Below are positions 1-8,703 of a stretch of DNA of 51,700 nt, in pieces. This DNA is from a virus. Its lineage: Duplodnaviria > Caudoviricetes. The notes under the pieces are model-generated. The model was not told the DNA's origin. It made no database searches and worked only from the letters and a program-made list of their open reading frames with translations. Within the stretch, counting starts at the first letter, position 1, and each line of letters begins with the position of its first letter. The translations under genes and the position numbers were made by a program. The stretch covers positions 1-51,700 of the IMG/VR virus record IMGVR_UViG_3300021168_000005. One strand, 5' to 3'.

Positions 1-127
1 GTTATAATAAACCCTGCATGGCAGGTTGGGTATTTCATATACAAGGAAAAGCACCTTCGGTGGAAAGAAAGACCAAAATATTGCGGCCTCGTTTTAAAGG
101 TTCTAGGATTGATAAGACTCCAAGACA
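1..127. repeat. 127-bp terminal direct repeat, copy 1 (circular-assembly overlap)
   Basis: Bases 1-127 are identical to 51574-51700, the repeat lies inside an ORF, and 127 is a common assembler k-mer length. Confidence 0.95.
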
Positions 128-416
128 GCTAGATGATTTTGCTGCTAGACAGCTTTCTAGTTTTAAGCGCGTAGCGGAGTTGCTATTCCAAGATAAAAAT
201 CCCGAGTGGTCCACGCACGCGTGTTCTAACATCTATGGCCGCCAATGCGAATATCGAGAAATACACAGACAAGATTCAGAATATTGGCCTCATGCCATTG
301 AACAGTTCTATCATATTACTGAAGCTTGGAATCCCAATCGTCCAGAAGAAAGTTTAATCGTCAGAGACGATGTAATGAATGCAGTAGCGGCGGAACCTAC
401 TGAGGTGCAAGAATGA
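1..416 (+). CDS. 3' part of a PD-(D/E)XK (Cas4/RecB-like) exonuclease spanning the circular junction
   Basis: In frame with the ORF from 50892 (...PGYNKPC-MAGW...). C-terminal CSNIYGRQCEYREIH resembles the Cas4/AddB metal-staple motif. Confidence 0.85.
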   Translation, partial: YNKPCMAGWVFHIQGKAPSVERKTKILRPRFKGSRIDKTPRQLDDFAARQLSSFKRVAELLFQDKNPEWSTHACSNIYGRQCEYREIHRQDSEYWPHAIEQFYHITEAWNPNRPEESLIVRDDVMNAVAAEPTEVQE

Positions 417-598
417 TTATAACTAAAGAAGAAATGTTGAAAATAGCAGAAGCAGCAATTACTAAATATTTAGATTATAAAAAAGTCGAATATTTAAACT
501 CTGTAGATAAACATGCAGAAGATTATTTAAAAGAAACAAAATATGAATTAAATGAACAATACTTTGAAAATGATTTCCAAGAATGGTTATTTGGATAG
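413..598 (+). CDS. hypothetical protein
   Basis: ATGA overlap with the upstream gene, GAGGTG RBS, 61 aa. Confidence 0.7.
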   Translation: MIITKEEMLKIAEAAITKYLDYKKVEYLNSVDKHAEDYLKETKYELNEQYFENDFQEWLFG

Positions 599-619
599 AA
601 TAAAAAGAGGACAAAAATC

Positions 620-1447
620 ATGGCAACCGACAATCACGGAGTTAAAAGTTATAATCTTGATGAGTTCCTTACTTATGTACAAGGGACTAAAAATGCGTCC
701 GACATCACGAAAGTGGACCGCATTAAAGCGGCTATCGTAGGTGAACCAAAATCCGGAAAGAGTAAACTAATCGCAGATACAGCAAGAAAGCCACTATTTC
801 ATTGTGATTTCGATGATCGACAAGAGTCGATAGCTGGTGCTAAAGATACAGTAATCAAGCAGTATCTTGATCCAGACGCTATGACTCCTAATGGATGGAA
901 CGCTCTTGAAGGAGATATTGCCACTTTTGAATGGCTTAAGAAAGAAGGAAAGTTACCATTTAAGAGTTTTGCTCTTGATAGCATGACATTTTTACGCCAG
1001 CTCGCAGAAAATCAAATGATGAAAGATACAAATATGTTTAGAGCCTACAAGGTAGGCAACTTAAAATATCCTATTGCACAAGGATGGGATGCGGTTGTTG
1101 AAGTGCAAAAAATGTTACAGACTTTACTAGCAAGGCTATTCGCCTTGGATATAGATATTTACGTCACGTTCCATATTAAAAATGAAAAAGATAAACAAAA
1201 AAGCACCAAAGAAGAAACAGTATATACTGATAAACTCACCGTCGATCCGCAAAACCTTGCAATGCTACTTCCAAAGTTCAATGAAACATGGCGAACGTTT
1301 ATTGATACGGATGGTAGTTTTAAAGTCCAAACAAAACAAGACTGGCGTTTTAACGCCGCAACAGCTTTACACATATCTGGAATCGAGAATCCCAATATCG
1401 AAGAAATGATAGAAAAACATTTGAAAGCTGTAAGCGAAGGTAAGTAA
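620..1447 (+). CDS. Sak4-like / AAA_24 ATPase (ssDNA-annealing recombinase)
   Basis: Walker A GEPKSGKS, Walker B-like FALDSMT, located between an exonuclease and a DUF669 SSB. Confidence 0.8.
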   Translation: MATDNHGVKSYNLDEFLTYVQGTKNASDITKVDRIKAAIVGEPKSGKSKLIADTARKPLFHCDFDDRQESIAGAKDTVIKQYLDPDAMTPNGWNALEGDIATFEWLKKEGKLPFKSFALDSMTFLRQLAENQMMKDTNMFRAYKVGNLKYPIAQGWDAVVEVQKMLQTLLARLFALDIDIYVTFHIKNEKDKQKSTKEETVYTDKLTVDPQNLAMLLPKFNETWRTFIDTDGSFKVQTKQDWRFNAATALHISGIENPNIEEMIEKHLKAVSEGK

Positions 1448-1912
1448 TTGGCTAAGAAGAAAAAACCGAACGATTTTGGCTTATTAAATGGTGCAACTGC
1501 AAGTAATGTAAATGCAAGAGTTGATAATACGGCGTTAACTTATAAAAATTTACTGGATGCTATAGATAAGTTTAATCTAGCTTTTCCAGCAGGATTGATA
1601 AAGCCAACACAAATATTTGTTCACCCTAGTAATCGAAAATGGGCAGAACAACTTTTTGGATTATGGCAAGAGATTAAAAAGTTTTCTTCGACAGAATTAA
1701 AAGCAAATATGGAACTCTACAAAAATATAATCGAAACTGAATACGGAGTTAAACTTTGCGTTCGTGACAACATTGCTGATTTTACTTCGATGGAGATTCT
1801 TGTTCCTAATAAACTCTTCGCAGATGATAAAAGCCGCGAGAAACTAGCCGACGCTTTGCAGAAAATTGCTATGTTTGTATTATCTATGGATGATCCCGAC
1901 ATAGATACTTAA
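1448..1912 (+). CDS. hypothetical protein
   Basis: 154-aa ORF abutting the upstream stop, TTG start. Confidence 0.6.
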   Translation: MAKKKKPNDFGLLNGATASNVNARVDNTALTYKNLLDAIDKFNLAFPAGLIKPTQIFVHPSNRKWAEQLFGLWQEIKKFSSTELKANMELYKNIIETEYGVKLCVRDNIADFTSMEILVPNKLFADDKSREKLADALQKIAMFVLSMDDPDIDT

Positions 1913-1971
1913 AAGATTCGGCCTCGGCCGAAAATAGAGCGAGAACTCGTTAAACTACGGAGATGTAAATA

Positions 1972-2472
1972 ATGTCACCAAAAATGTCCGCAGATCCAGA
2001 ACGTATTAAGGCTCCAAAACCAGTCCCCGCTGGATGGTATCAGCTAAAGCTAATCGGCTTTAGACCTAAATTGTCCACAAAGAAAGACAGTGTCAATTTT
2101 AATCCAATGTTCGAAGTTGTAAACTCAAAGGCCGAATATAATGGCTCAAGAGTTTACGAGAACTTGAATACAAAATTTGACCGTCAACACGTTGACTTCG
2201 CGCATGGTTTTGGATTCCCTTTAAATCCTGACGCGAGTCTACCGGGAGACTGGGTTCCTGATCCAAATGATAAGGACAATGTAGAAAAGATGCAGTATAA
2301 AGGTCCGCTTCTTGGTAAGATTTGTGAAGCGGAGCTTGTAGTTAGCACATATCAGGGAAATGAAAGTAACAAAATCCGTCAAATTAAATGCAGACTTGAC
2401 GGTTGTGCTACCAAATTTCCTGATGTTAAGCACCTTACCAATTGGATTGGGAAAGATAAAGCAGCCGCTTAG
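1972..2472 (+). CDS. DUF669-like single-stranded DNA-binding protein
   Basis: PVPAGWYQLKL...FEVV...GSRVYENL...LLGK...YQGNESNKI pattern, adjacent to the Sak4-like gene. Confidence 0.75.
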   Translation: MSPKMSADPERIKAPKPVPAGWYQLKLIGFRPKLSTKKDSVNFNPMFEVVNSKAEYNGSRVYENLNTKFDRQHVDFAHGFGFPLNPDASLPGDWVPDPNDKDNVEKMQYKGPLLGKICEAELVVSTYQGNESNKIRQIKCRLDGCATKFPDVKHLTNWIGKDKAAA

Positions 2473-2561
2473 CTGCTAAAGCTTGCTTCGTAAGTAATGG
2501 GATTCTTACGAAGCATCTCCCCACACATTACAGCCGCCATGACTGTAAGCCTCAAGGAGAT

Positions 2562-2599
2562 GAGCTACGCTCAGTTGTGTGGACAGCGTAGCTCTTTTT
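2562..2599 (+). terminator. intrinsic terminator-like hairpin
   Basis: GAGCTACGCT (2562-2571) pairs with AGCGTAGCTC (2585-2594), followed by a T run. Confidence 0.6.
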
Positions 2600-2613
2600 A
2601 AAAAGGAGCCATA

Positions 2614-2940
2614 ATGACAAAAGAAGATTATTTAAAACGTTTCAAAGAAATAACTGAAGAAATGTTTCGAATTACTAGTATAAAAAATCATGATTATTCT
2701 CCAGGGGATGAAGCTTTAGCCAACTTTAACGAGTTTGGCGCTGCTGGAGTGTTGGTTCGGATTTCAGATAAGACGAAGCGGTTAAAGACTGCTTTATGGC
2801 ATAAGCAAGATTATCTTGTTAATGAAACTGTTATTGACACTGTTACAGATTTAGCAGTCTATTCTGTAATATTAAGAATTCTTGCTGAAGAAGAAGCTAA
2901 AAAGGAAAAGCCGGCCATTATTGTAAAGGTTAGAAAATGA
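2614..2940 (+). CDS. DUF1599 / nucleotide-modification-associated domain protein (all-alpha NTP pyrophosphatase-like)
   Basis: KNHDYS...NF...GVLVRISDKTKRL...DTVTDLAVYS motif. Confidence 0.75.
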   Translation: MTKEDYLKRFKEITEEMFRITSIKNHDYSPGDEALANFNEFGAAGVLVRISDKTKRLKTALWHKQDYLVNETVIDTVTDLAVYSVILRILAEEEAKKEKPAIIVKVRK

Positions 2941-4049
2941 TAATCCGAGATTATGGAGATGAGAAGAACCCTATCTGGGTTGTAATGAGGGAAGCCTATG
3001 CTAAGGATAGTGAGCAAGGTTATCTACTGTCTTGTGGTTACGGCCATAACTTTAAAAAAACATGGAAGCTCAGTGGAGCAAGTGATCCTTTTATCACTTC
3101 TATCAATCCTGAACTTTCTATTCCTTATGATTGGGCTTCTCAATCTCTGCTCTTTCTTACAAAGATTAATAATTATCAACCGAAAATAATAGTCGTCCTT
3201 GGGGACGAGTTATTAAATACTTTTGTTCCGTATACAAAGCAGAAGAATGCTAAAGCTTCAAGCCTCACGAAGTGGGCTGGCTCACTCCTACGGAGTGATT
3301 TGTTGACATACGATCATTATATAATTCCAAGTTACGAACCAGACTTTGTATCTTCTAATTGGGATTACCATGAAATTCAGGGATTTATAGACTTCGGTCA
3401 TGTTAAAGAGGAGGTAGATTATTTCAATGCTAATAACAAACTTAATCCTCTTCCTATGCGTAGTATCATTACGAATCCTACATATGATAACTTATGTGAT
3501 TATCTACGGTGGCTTGTTTCTGAGTGGAGTGCAAATAGGCTATCTTTTGTCTCCTCAGATATCGAAACTATCCGTCCTAAAAAAAGTACTAACTATCATA
3601 CTATTGGCCATCCCGGTTACACTTATACTATTAGCCTTGCTCCATCAATTAAAGAAGCGATAAGTTTTTGTTTTTGGGATTATCCTGCGGAGCAAGCTAT
3701 TAAGATATGGAGACTTCTAAATGCTGTTCTTAGTCAGGTGCCACAGATTGGTCAAAATTATTTTAGCTTTGATTCCCATCATCTGGAAGCACTCGGATAT
3801 AAATTACATTTATCTTTATGCCAAGATACATTATTACGGCACCATATCCTCTGGCCCGGCCTTCCTCATAAGCTACAATTCCAAACTAGACAATACACCA
3901 GAGAACCCTACTATAAAGACGAAGGGAAAAATTGGAGTTCTAAACAAAAGCATCAACTTATGAGGTATAATTGTCTCGATGCTATGGTAACATACGAGAT
4001 TTATCTCGCTCAAGAAGGAGAATTTAATGACCGACCGCATCTTCGTTAA
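2937..4049 (+). CDS. DNA polymerase A N-terminal half: degenerate UDG-like domain plus 3'-5' exonuclease
   Basis: Family-4 UDG-like N-terminus (PKIIVVLG, IIPSYEP). Exo I SSDIET, Exo II GQNYFSFD, Exo III YNCLDA. Confidence 0.8.
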   Translation: MIIRDYGDEKNPIWVVMREAYAKDSEQGYLLSCGYGHNFKKTWKLSGASDPFITSINPELSIPYDWASQSLLFLTKINNYQPKIIVVLGDELLNTFVPYTKQKNAKASSLTKWAGSLLRSDLLTYDHYIIPSYEPDFVSSNWDYHEIQGFIDFGHVKEEVDYFNANNKLNPLPMRSIITNPTYDNLCDYLRWLVSEWSANRLSFVSSDIETIRPKKSTNYHTIGHPGYTYTISLAPSIKEAISFCFWDYPAEQAIKIWRLLNAVLSQVPQIGQNYFSFDSHHLEALGYKLHLSLCQDTLLRHHILWPGLPHKLQFQTRQYTREPYYKDEGKNWSSKQKHQLMRYNCLDAMVTYEIYLAQEGEFNDRPHLR

Positions 4050-4266
4050 GTATAAAGTTAGTATATCTCGTGTCGATCAAGTTGAAACTGTAGAACGAGA
4101 ATATAAACAGGTTGCAGATACAGGTAATCCAAAAGACGGTAAAACCGTCTATGATTATGTAACACGTCCCGGAATTGCTTTTCACGAAACAGCAATTTTA
4201 ACACAGGAGATAAAAGATGAACAACTCGACATTAAAGCAGTCATCAAAGCCATCAACGGAATCTAG
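4027..4266 (+). CDS. hypothetical protein
   Basis: AAGGAG RBS, 79 aa. Confidence 0.7.
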   Translation: MTDRIFVKYKVSISRVDQVETVEREYKQVADTGNPKDGKTVYDYVTRPGIAFHETAILTQEIKDEQLDIKAVIKAINGI

Positions 4267-4414
4267 TAGATTTCTTAAACCAATCTGTGCTAAGATTGTA
4301 AGGACAATGGATAATGACAGACGACCCTGTTTACGACCAGAAGGACATCCTGATGGATGCAATCCCTTTAGTGATACACCCTCCCCAATGGAGAAGGCTA
4401 AAAGCAATAAGTAA
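4217..4414 (+). CDS. small Cys/His protein
   Basis: AGGAG RBS, C...CLRPEGHPDGC motif, overlaps both neighbours. Confidence 0.5.
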   Translation: MNNSTLKQSSKPSTESSRFLKPICAKIVRTMDNDRRPCLRPEGHPDGCNPFSDTPSPMEKAKSNK

Positions 4415-4571
4415 TTGCATGGATATACTACATGAAATTGAAGAAGCGGCTAAACTGGATAAAAGTTATAACCACCAACTTAATTGTATGTGGGGTTGGT
4501 TGGATTGGATGGAAGAGTTACATCGACTTCTGCACGATTATGATGAAGCAATACAGATGCTGATAGGTTAA
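4314..4571 (+). CDS. hypothetical protein
   Basis: 85 aa with GWLDWMEEL motif, abuts the next gene. Confidence 0.55.
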   Translation: MTDDPVYDQKDILMDAIPLVIHPPQWRRLKAISNCMDILHEIEEAAKLDKSYNHQLNCMWGWLDWMEELHRLLHDYDEAIQMLIG

Positions 4572-4572
4572 T

Positions 4573-4785
4573 ATGAATTTTATAACAGACCATCCCGAAG
4601 TTATTATCATATTAGTAACCAACATAATAAGTCTCGCGTTCGGCGCAGGCTTTATGTACTTTATGATTAAGCAAACTAGAAGTCACGTAAATGGAATTGG
4701 TAAAAAAGTTGCCAATATGCAACTTGCAATGTTAACTTTTTGTCCTGAAGAACAACGTTCAAAAATGGCAGATTTATTAAAATAA
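4573..4785 (+). CDS. small single-TM membrane protein
   Basis: Hydrophobic stretch VIIILVTNIISLAFGAGFMYFMI. Confidence 0.6.
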   Translation: MNFITDHPEVIIILVTNIISLAFGAGFMYFMIKQTRSHVNGIGKKVANMQLAMLTFCPEEQRSKMADLLK

Positions 4786-4961
4786 TGTTGCGACAAATAT
4801 ATCAAATAACATTATCTTATGCTACTTATGGAATCATTGTGGATAACGGCATTGTAATACATGCTCCGCCTATAGCACAATGGATGATAGGTAAGCATAT
4901 TAATGAAATAATGGATTGGGTAAACCGTAAACATGGAACAATTGATAACATCATCTTATGA
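4785..4961 (+). CDS. hypothetical 58-aa protein (not in ORF track)
   Basis: Translated by hand: MLRQIYQITLSYATYGIIVDNGIVIHAPPIAQWMIGKH..., TAATG coupling with the upstream gene. Confidence 0.55.
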   Translation: MLRQIYQITLSYATYGIIVDNGIVIHAPPIAQWMIGKHINEIMDWVNRKHGTIDNIIL

Positions 4962-6456
4962 ACACAAACTCGCAAATGCATATCATCGCATTGATAAACG
5001 AGGTTTGCTGTTTGATACTACTGCCCTTGAACAGGTCAGAGTCAAGGTTCAATCGGAACTTGATAACATCTGCGGTTGGTTTACTAATCAATGGAGTTAT
5101 CCTGTATTCATAGGGGCAAAAAAGGGTATCCCAAAAGATACGAAATTTCTGAATTTAAATAGCCCTCAGAAAGTTCTAGAAGCTTTTAAAGAGCAAGGTT
5201 ATAAAGTACCAAAGGTACGGATTAAGAATGTTGAAAGTGATGAATATGAATGGAATGAAAGTGTTAAAGAACTTGCCATGCGTAAGCTTATGGCTGATCC
5301 TACTTTGTGGCCTCATCCTCAAGGCGGAGATGCCATTAAAAAATATCTTGATTTAAAAGAATTAGTAACTTTCCGAAATAGGAATATAAATGCACGTTTT
5401 CGTAGCGTACCTTACGGTGCAATTTTTTATTCTAGTTATAATGTTGCTAGTACAGTTACTGGCAGACGCGGGTCACGAAAAAATATATTCGGTTTTGGAG
5501 GAAATGGGCAGAATTTTCCTACGAGGACTTCTTCTAGTGACGATTTTCGTAAGTGTATTATTGCTAGGCCCCGCCGTTTGTTCTTTTTTGTGGATCAAAA
5601 GCAAGCTGAAGACTGGCCAGTTCAAGCACTTGCAAAAAATTATGAAGCTTTAGAGGAGATGCGTAAAGGTGTTAATAGACATTATAAGTTCGCTAGTCTT
5701 ATTTTTGGTCGTAGTATTGATAGTCTTAGGATTGGTAGAAATAATCACGAGTTCGAAGCTGAGCTTCAATATAATCTTGGCAAACGTGGTCGCCATGCTA
5801 ATAATTATGGGATGCGTGCTGATAGGTTTTCTGAAATTTTAACTACTGAAGGTTACTCTGTACCTAAGTCAACTTGTGAGGTTATCCTTGACAAGATCAA
5901 TAAAGCCGACCCCAACGTCGATGGAGTTTTTCATTCGTATATCCAGAAACAAATCTACGATACAAGAATTTTGCGAACTCCACTTGGACGAGAACGCCAG
6001 TTCTTTGGAGTTAGACAGAATGATAAGAATTATGCAATTCTTAATGAAGCGTATTCTTACATACCACAGTCTACAATCGGTGATAATACTGGGCTTGCCA
6101 TACTCTACTTGGATGCGTGTAATGATTACGTTGTACAGGAAGGACATGACAGTATTATCCAAGAGTTACCTGATTCCTTACAAGAACTACTCAAAGTTTA
6201 TGAAGATACTACGAAAGCATTTAAAAGAATTATCACTTTCGATAACGGGATTAGCGTTGAAATCCCTATTGAGGGAAAACTCGGGTTTGACTGGTTCAAT
6301 ACAGTAGAAATTAAAAGTTGGACTCCTGAAGGCATCGCAGATGCTTATAAAGAACTCCATGAAAAGTATCATAATAGATATGAAGAAAAACAACAAAATA
6401 TAGTCATACCAAGGGAGCAAAATGCCACGACTGTTAACGAAGTCATGGCTGGATAG
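4933..6456 (+). CDS. polA: DNA polymerase A, polymerase domain (C-terminal half of split PolA)
   Basis: TVTGR, NGQNFP, motif A VDQKQAED, motif B GKRGRHANNYG, TPLGRER, motif C GHDS. Confidence 0.9.
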   Translation: MEQLITSSYEHKLANAYHRIDKRGLLFDTTALEQVRVKVQSELDNICGWFTNQWSYPVFIGAKKGIPKDTKFLNLNSPQKVLEAFKEQGYKVPKVRIKNVESDEYEWNESVKELAMRKLMADPTLWPHPQGGDAIKKYLDLKELVTFRNRNINARFRSVPYGAIFYSSYNVASTVTGRRGSRKNIFGFGGNGQNFPTRTSSSDDFRKCIIARPRRLFFFVDQKQAEDWPVQALAKNYEALEEMRKGVNRHYKFASLIFGRSIDSLRIGRNNHEFEAELQYNLGKRGRHANNYGMRADRFSEILTTEGYSVPKSTCEVILDKINKADPNVDGVFHSYIQKQIYDTRILRTPLGRERQFFGVRQNDKNYAILNEAYSYIPQSTIGDNTGLAILYLDACNDYVVQEGHDSIIQELPDSLQELLKVYEDTTKAFKRIITFDNGISVEIPIEGKLGFDWFNTVEIKSWTPEGIADAYKELHEKYHNRYEEKQQNIVIPREQNATTVNEVMAG

Positions 6457-7627
6457 TTACTTAGATTATATTGATAGTACAGAAAATCCAAAGTCTTATA
6501 GCCTATGGAGTGCTATTAGTGCTGTCTCCTCAAGCTTAAAAAGACGAGTTTATATTTGGAGAAATTTTGTACAATACTTTCCTAATCAATACGTCGTACT
6601 CGTTGGACCTCCCGGTATTGGTAAGGGCGCAAGTATTCATCCAGTTACAGCAATAGTAAATGAAGCTGCAACGGTCAATTATCTAAGTGATAAAATCACA
6701 GCAGAAAGAATAATTCAGAAGCTCGCGGACGGGTTTACTAACTTACAACCGTCTATGACAGCCAACAATGTTGGGATGGTTAACTTTACTCAGGATCATA
6801 CAGCAACTATATTATCTAAAGAACTTCCAGTATTCTTAAGTTCTAGCGAATGGCTCCACGCATTAATGTGTCAACTTTGGGATGAGAATACTTTCGAATA
6901 TGAAACCAAGAACAAAGGAAACTATAAAGTTACTAACATGTGCGTTGGAATGCTTGCGGGTTGTGTCCCGGACTTTATACGCATGTTATCACGCGATAGC
7001 ATGGCTCCTATTACGGGTGGATTTACAGCTAGAACAATATTTGTTTATGCAACAGAAAAAAGTAAACTCGTCCCCGGAGGATGGGGAAGACCGCAAGTTA
7101 GTATAAACCAACTGAAAGATGATCTAATTAACGATCTAAAGCACATATCTTCTATAGAAGGGGAAATGAAATTCGATCAAGCTGCTTTGCAGCTTTGGGA
7201 TAAAAAATATGGAGAACACAATAAAAAAGGAGATTTTGATAGTGATGTTAGTGCAAACTTCAAATCCAGACTTAGTAGTCACATCATCAAGACCGCAATT
7301 ACAGTCTCTATTTCTGAATCAGATTCTCTCACAATTACAGAATCTCAACTACGACGAGCTATTGAACTTGTTGAAGATGTCAGAGATCAAGTCGATATCG
7401 TCTTCCGTAGCGTTGGAGAATCTCCGCTCGCAGTCGCTCAAGAGCGCGTAATAGAATTTATAAAGATAAAAGGAATAGTTTCTAGAGAAGAGATACTGCG
7501 ATATAATTTTCGCCATATGACGGATGAACAATTAACACAAGTTATGTTTACATTACTGCATAGTGGGATGGTTAGTGAATACAGTCAAGCACATAAAACA
7601 GCTTATCAGTGGATGAATATAGCATGA
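6422..7627 (+). CDS. DUF3987-type P-loop ATPase (putative replicative helicase) with C-terminal winged helix
   Basis: Walker A VGPPGIGKG, GGFTARTIFV, next to polA. Confidence 0.7.
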   Translation: MPRLLTKSWLDSYLDYIDSTENPKSYSLWSAISAVSSSLKRRVYIWRNFVQYFPNQYVVLVGPPGIGKGASIHPVTAIVNEAATVNYLSDKITAERIIQKLADGFTNLQPSMTANNVGMVNFTQDHTATILSKELPVFLSSSEWLHALMCQLWDENTFEYETKNKGNYKVTNMCVGMLAGCVPDFIRMLSRDSMAPITGGFTARTIFVYATEKSKLVPGGWGRPQVSINQLKDDLINDLKHISSIEGEMKFDQAALQLWDKKYGEHNKKGDFDSDVSANFKSRLSSHIIKTAITVSISESDSLTITESQLRRAIELVEDVRDQVDIVFRSVGESPLAVAQERVIEFIKIKGIVSREEILRYNFRHMTDEQLTQVMFTLLHSGMVSEYSQAHKTAYQWMNIA

Positions 7628-7812
7628 ATGAATTTAATCAATGTCCAACATGTAAACATTCTCTTGAGGATAACCAACATGGGTTCGATCAAAATGATGG
7701 ATACATGGATGGTGATAAATTGATCCTCTATGGAACTTGCACGTATTGTAAGATTTGTAATCCAACTTTGTTTCGTAAAAAGGAGTGGAAAGATGCCTCT
7801 AACGCTAGATGA
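7609..7812 (+). CDS. small Zn-finger protein
   Basis: CPTCKH...H...CTYCKIC; start may be 7624. Confidence 0.6.
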   Translation: MDEYSMNEFNQCPTCKHSLEDNQHGFDQNDGYMDGDKLILYGTCTYCKICNPTLFRKKEWKDASNAR

Positions 7813-8137
7813 ATATCAAAAAACTTGCAAAGATACAAGAGCTTATAAAGATTACGGCCAAGGTACAATCGGTCCCGTATCTTATTGTGTTCTGGGTCTT
7901 TGTGGTGAAGCTGGAGAAGTAGCAAATAAAATCAAGAAAATCCTGCGCGGAGATTATATTCTCGATGCGCTAGCAATAGACCAAATTCTTGATGAGCTTG
8001 GCGATGTTCTTTGGTACACTGCCATGCTTGCAGATGAGCTTAATGCTGATCTATCGGTTGTTGCTATGAAGAATTTAAACAAGCTCCGCTTGAGAAAAAA
8101 TATGAACACTATAAAAGGAACTGGAGATAAACGATGA
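7793..8137 (+). CDS. mazG: MazG-like nucleotide pyrophosphohydrolase
   Basis: LGLCGEAGEVANKIKK...ELGDVLWY; AGGAG RBS favours the ATG at 7793. Confidence 0.88.
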   Translation: MPLTLDEYQKTCKDTRAYKDYGQGTIGPVSYCVLGLCGEAGEVANKIKKILRGDYILDALAIDQILDELGDVLWYTAMLADELNADLSVVAMKNLNKLRLRKNMNTIKGTGDKR

Positions 8138-8703
8138 AGTCAAAAGATAATTTTGATCCAAAAGAATGGGCCGTTATTAATGAAAGTGAAGCTTTACGTG
8201 CTGTTGATGATAGAATTTTAGTTCTCGAAGATGAATTTCGTTCAGGTTTAGAATGTTCTTCTTGCAAAGGTAAAGGCCATACAGATATAGTCTGTAAATA
8301 TTGTAAAGGTACTACATTTTACAAAGCAGACCGTGATAGCGGCGCCTGTCCTGACTGTGAAGTCGGCACTTTAGGGATTAGAAAGTCCTTTGGATACGAG
8401 CTTTGCAGTGTATGCAAGGGCCGTGGAGCGTCTGTAATAATTCCTGACTCATCTAAGCGTCCAACACTGACGGGGCGCGTTATATCAATCGGCAGGAATG
8501 TCACAGAGTTTCGGGTCGGTGATCGGGTATTATTTACGAATTACACTGGTACAGATTTTACTGTCTCTGGTACGAAGTTAAGAATTATGAAACAGTACGA
8601 TGTGTGTTGTGAACATAAACAGCTTTCTAGAAAAGAAAAAACTCCGCAGAGCGGAGCTATTAGAGATGAACTTGTTAGTGCTGGTGTACAACCTTTAGAT
8701 TAA
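8134..8703 (+). CDS. groES: GroES/Cpn10 co-chaperonin with inserted DnaJ-type zinc-finger domain
   Basis: LRAVDDRILV ... IIPDSSKRPTLTGRVISIG ... VGDRVLFTNYTGT ... IMKQYD matches GroES. The insert has four CxxC(xGxG) repeats. Confidence 0.85.
   Translation: MKSKDNFDPKEWAVINESEALRAVDDRILVLEDEFRSGLECSSCKGKGHTDIVCKYCKGTTFYKADRDSGACPDCEVGTLGIRKSFGYELCSVCKGRGASVIIPDSSKRPTLTGRVISIGRNVTEFRVGDRVLFTNYTGTDFTVSGTKLRIMKQYDVCCEHKQLSRKEKTPQSGAIRDELVSAGVQPLD

Noticed and set aside
4050-4932. Group I intron or intein interrupting polA
   Set aside because: No P7/catalytic-core motifs or homing endonuclease seen; the gap is filled by small coupled ORFs.
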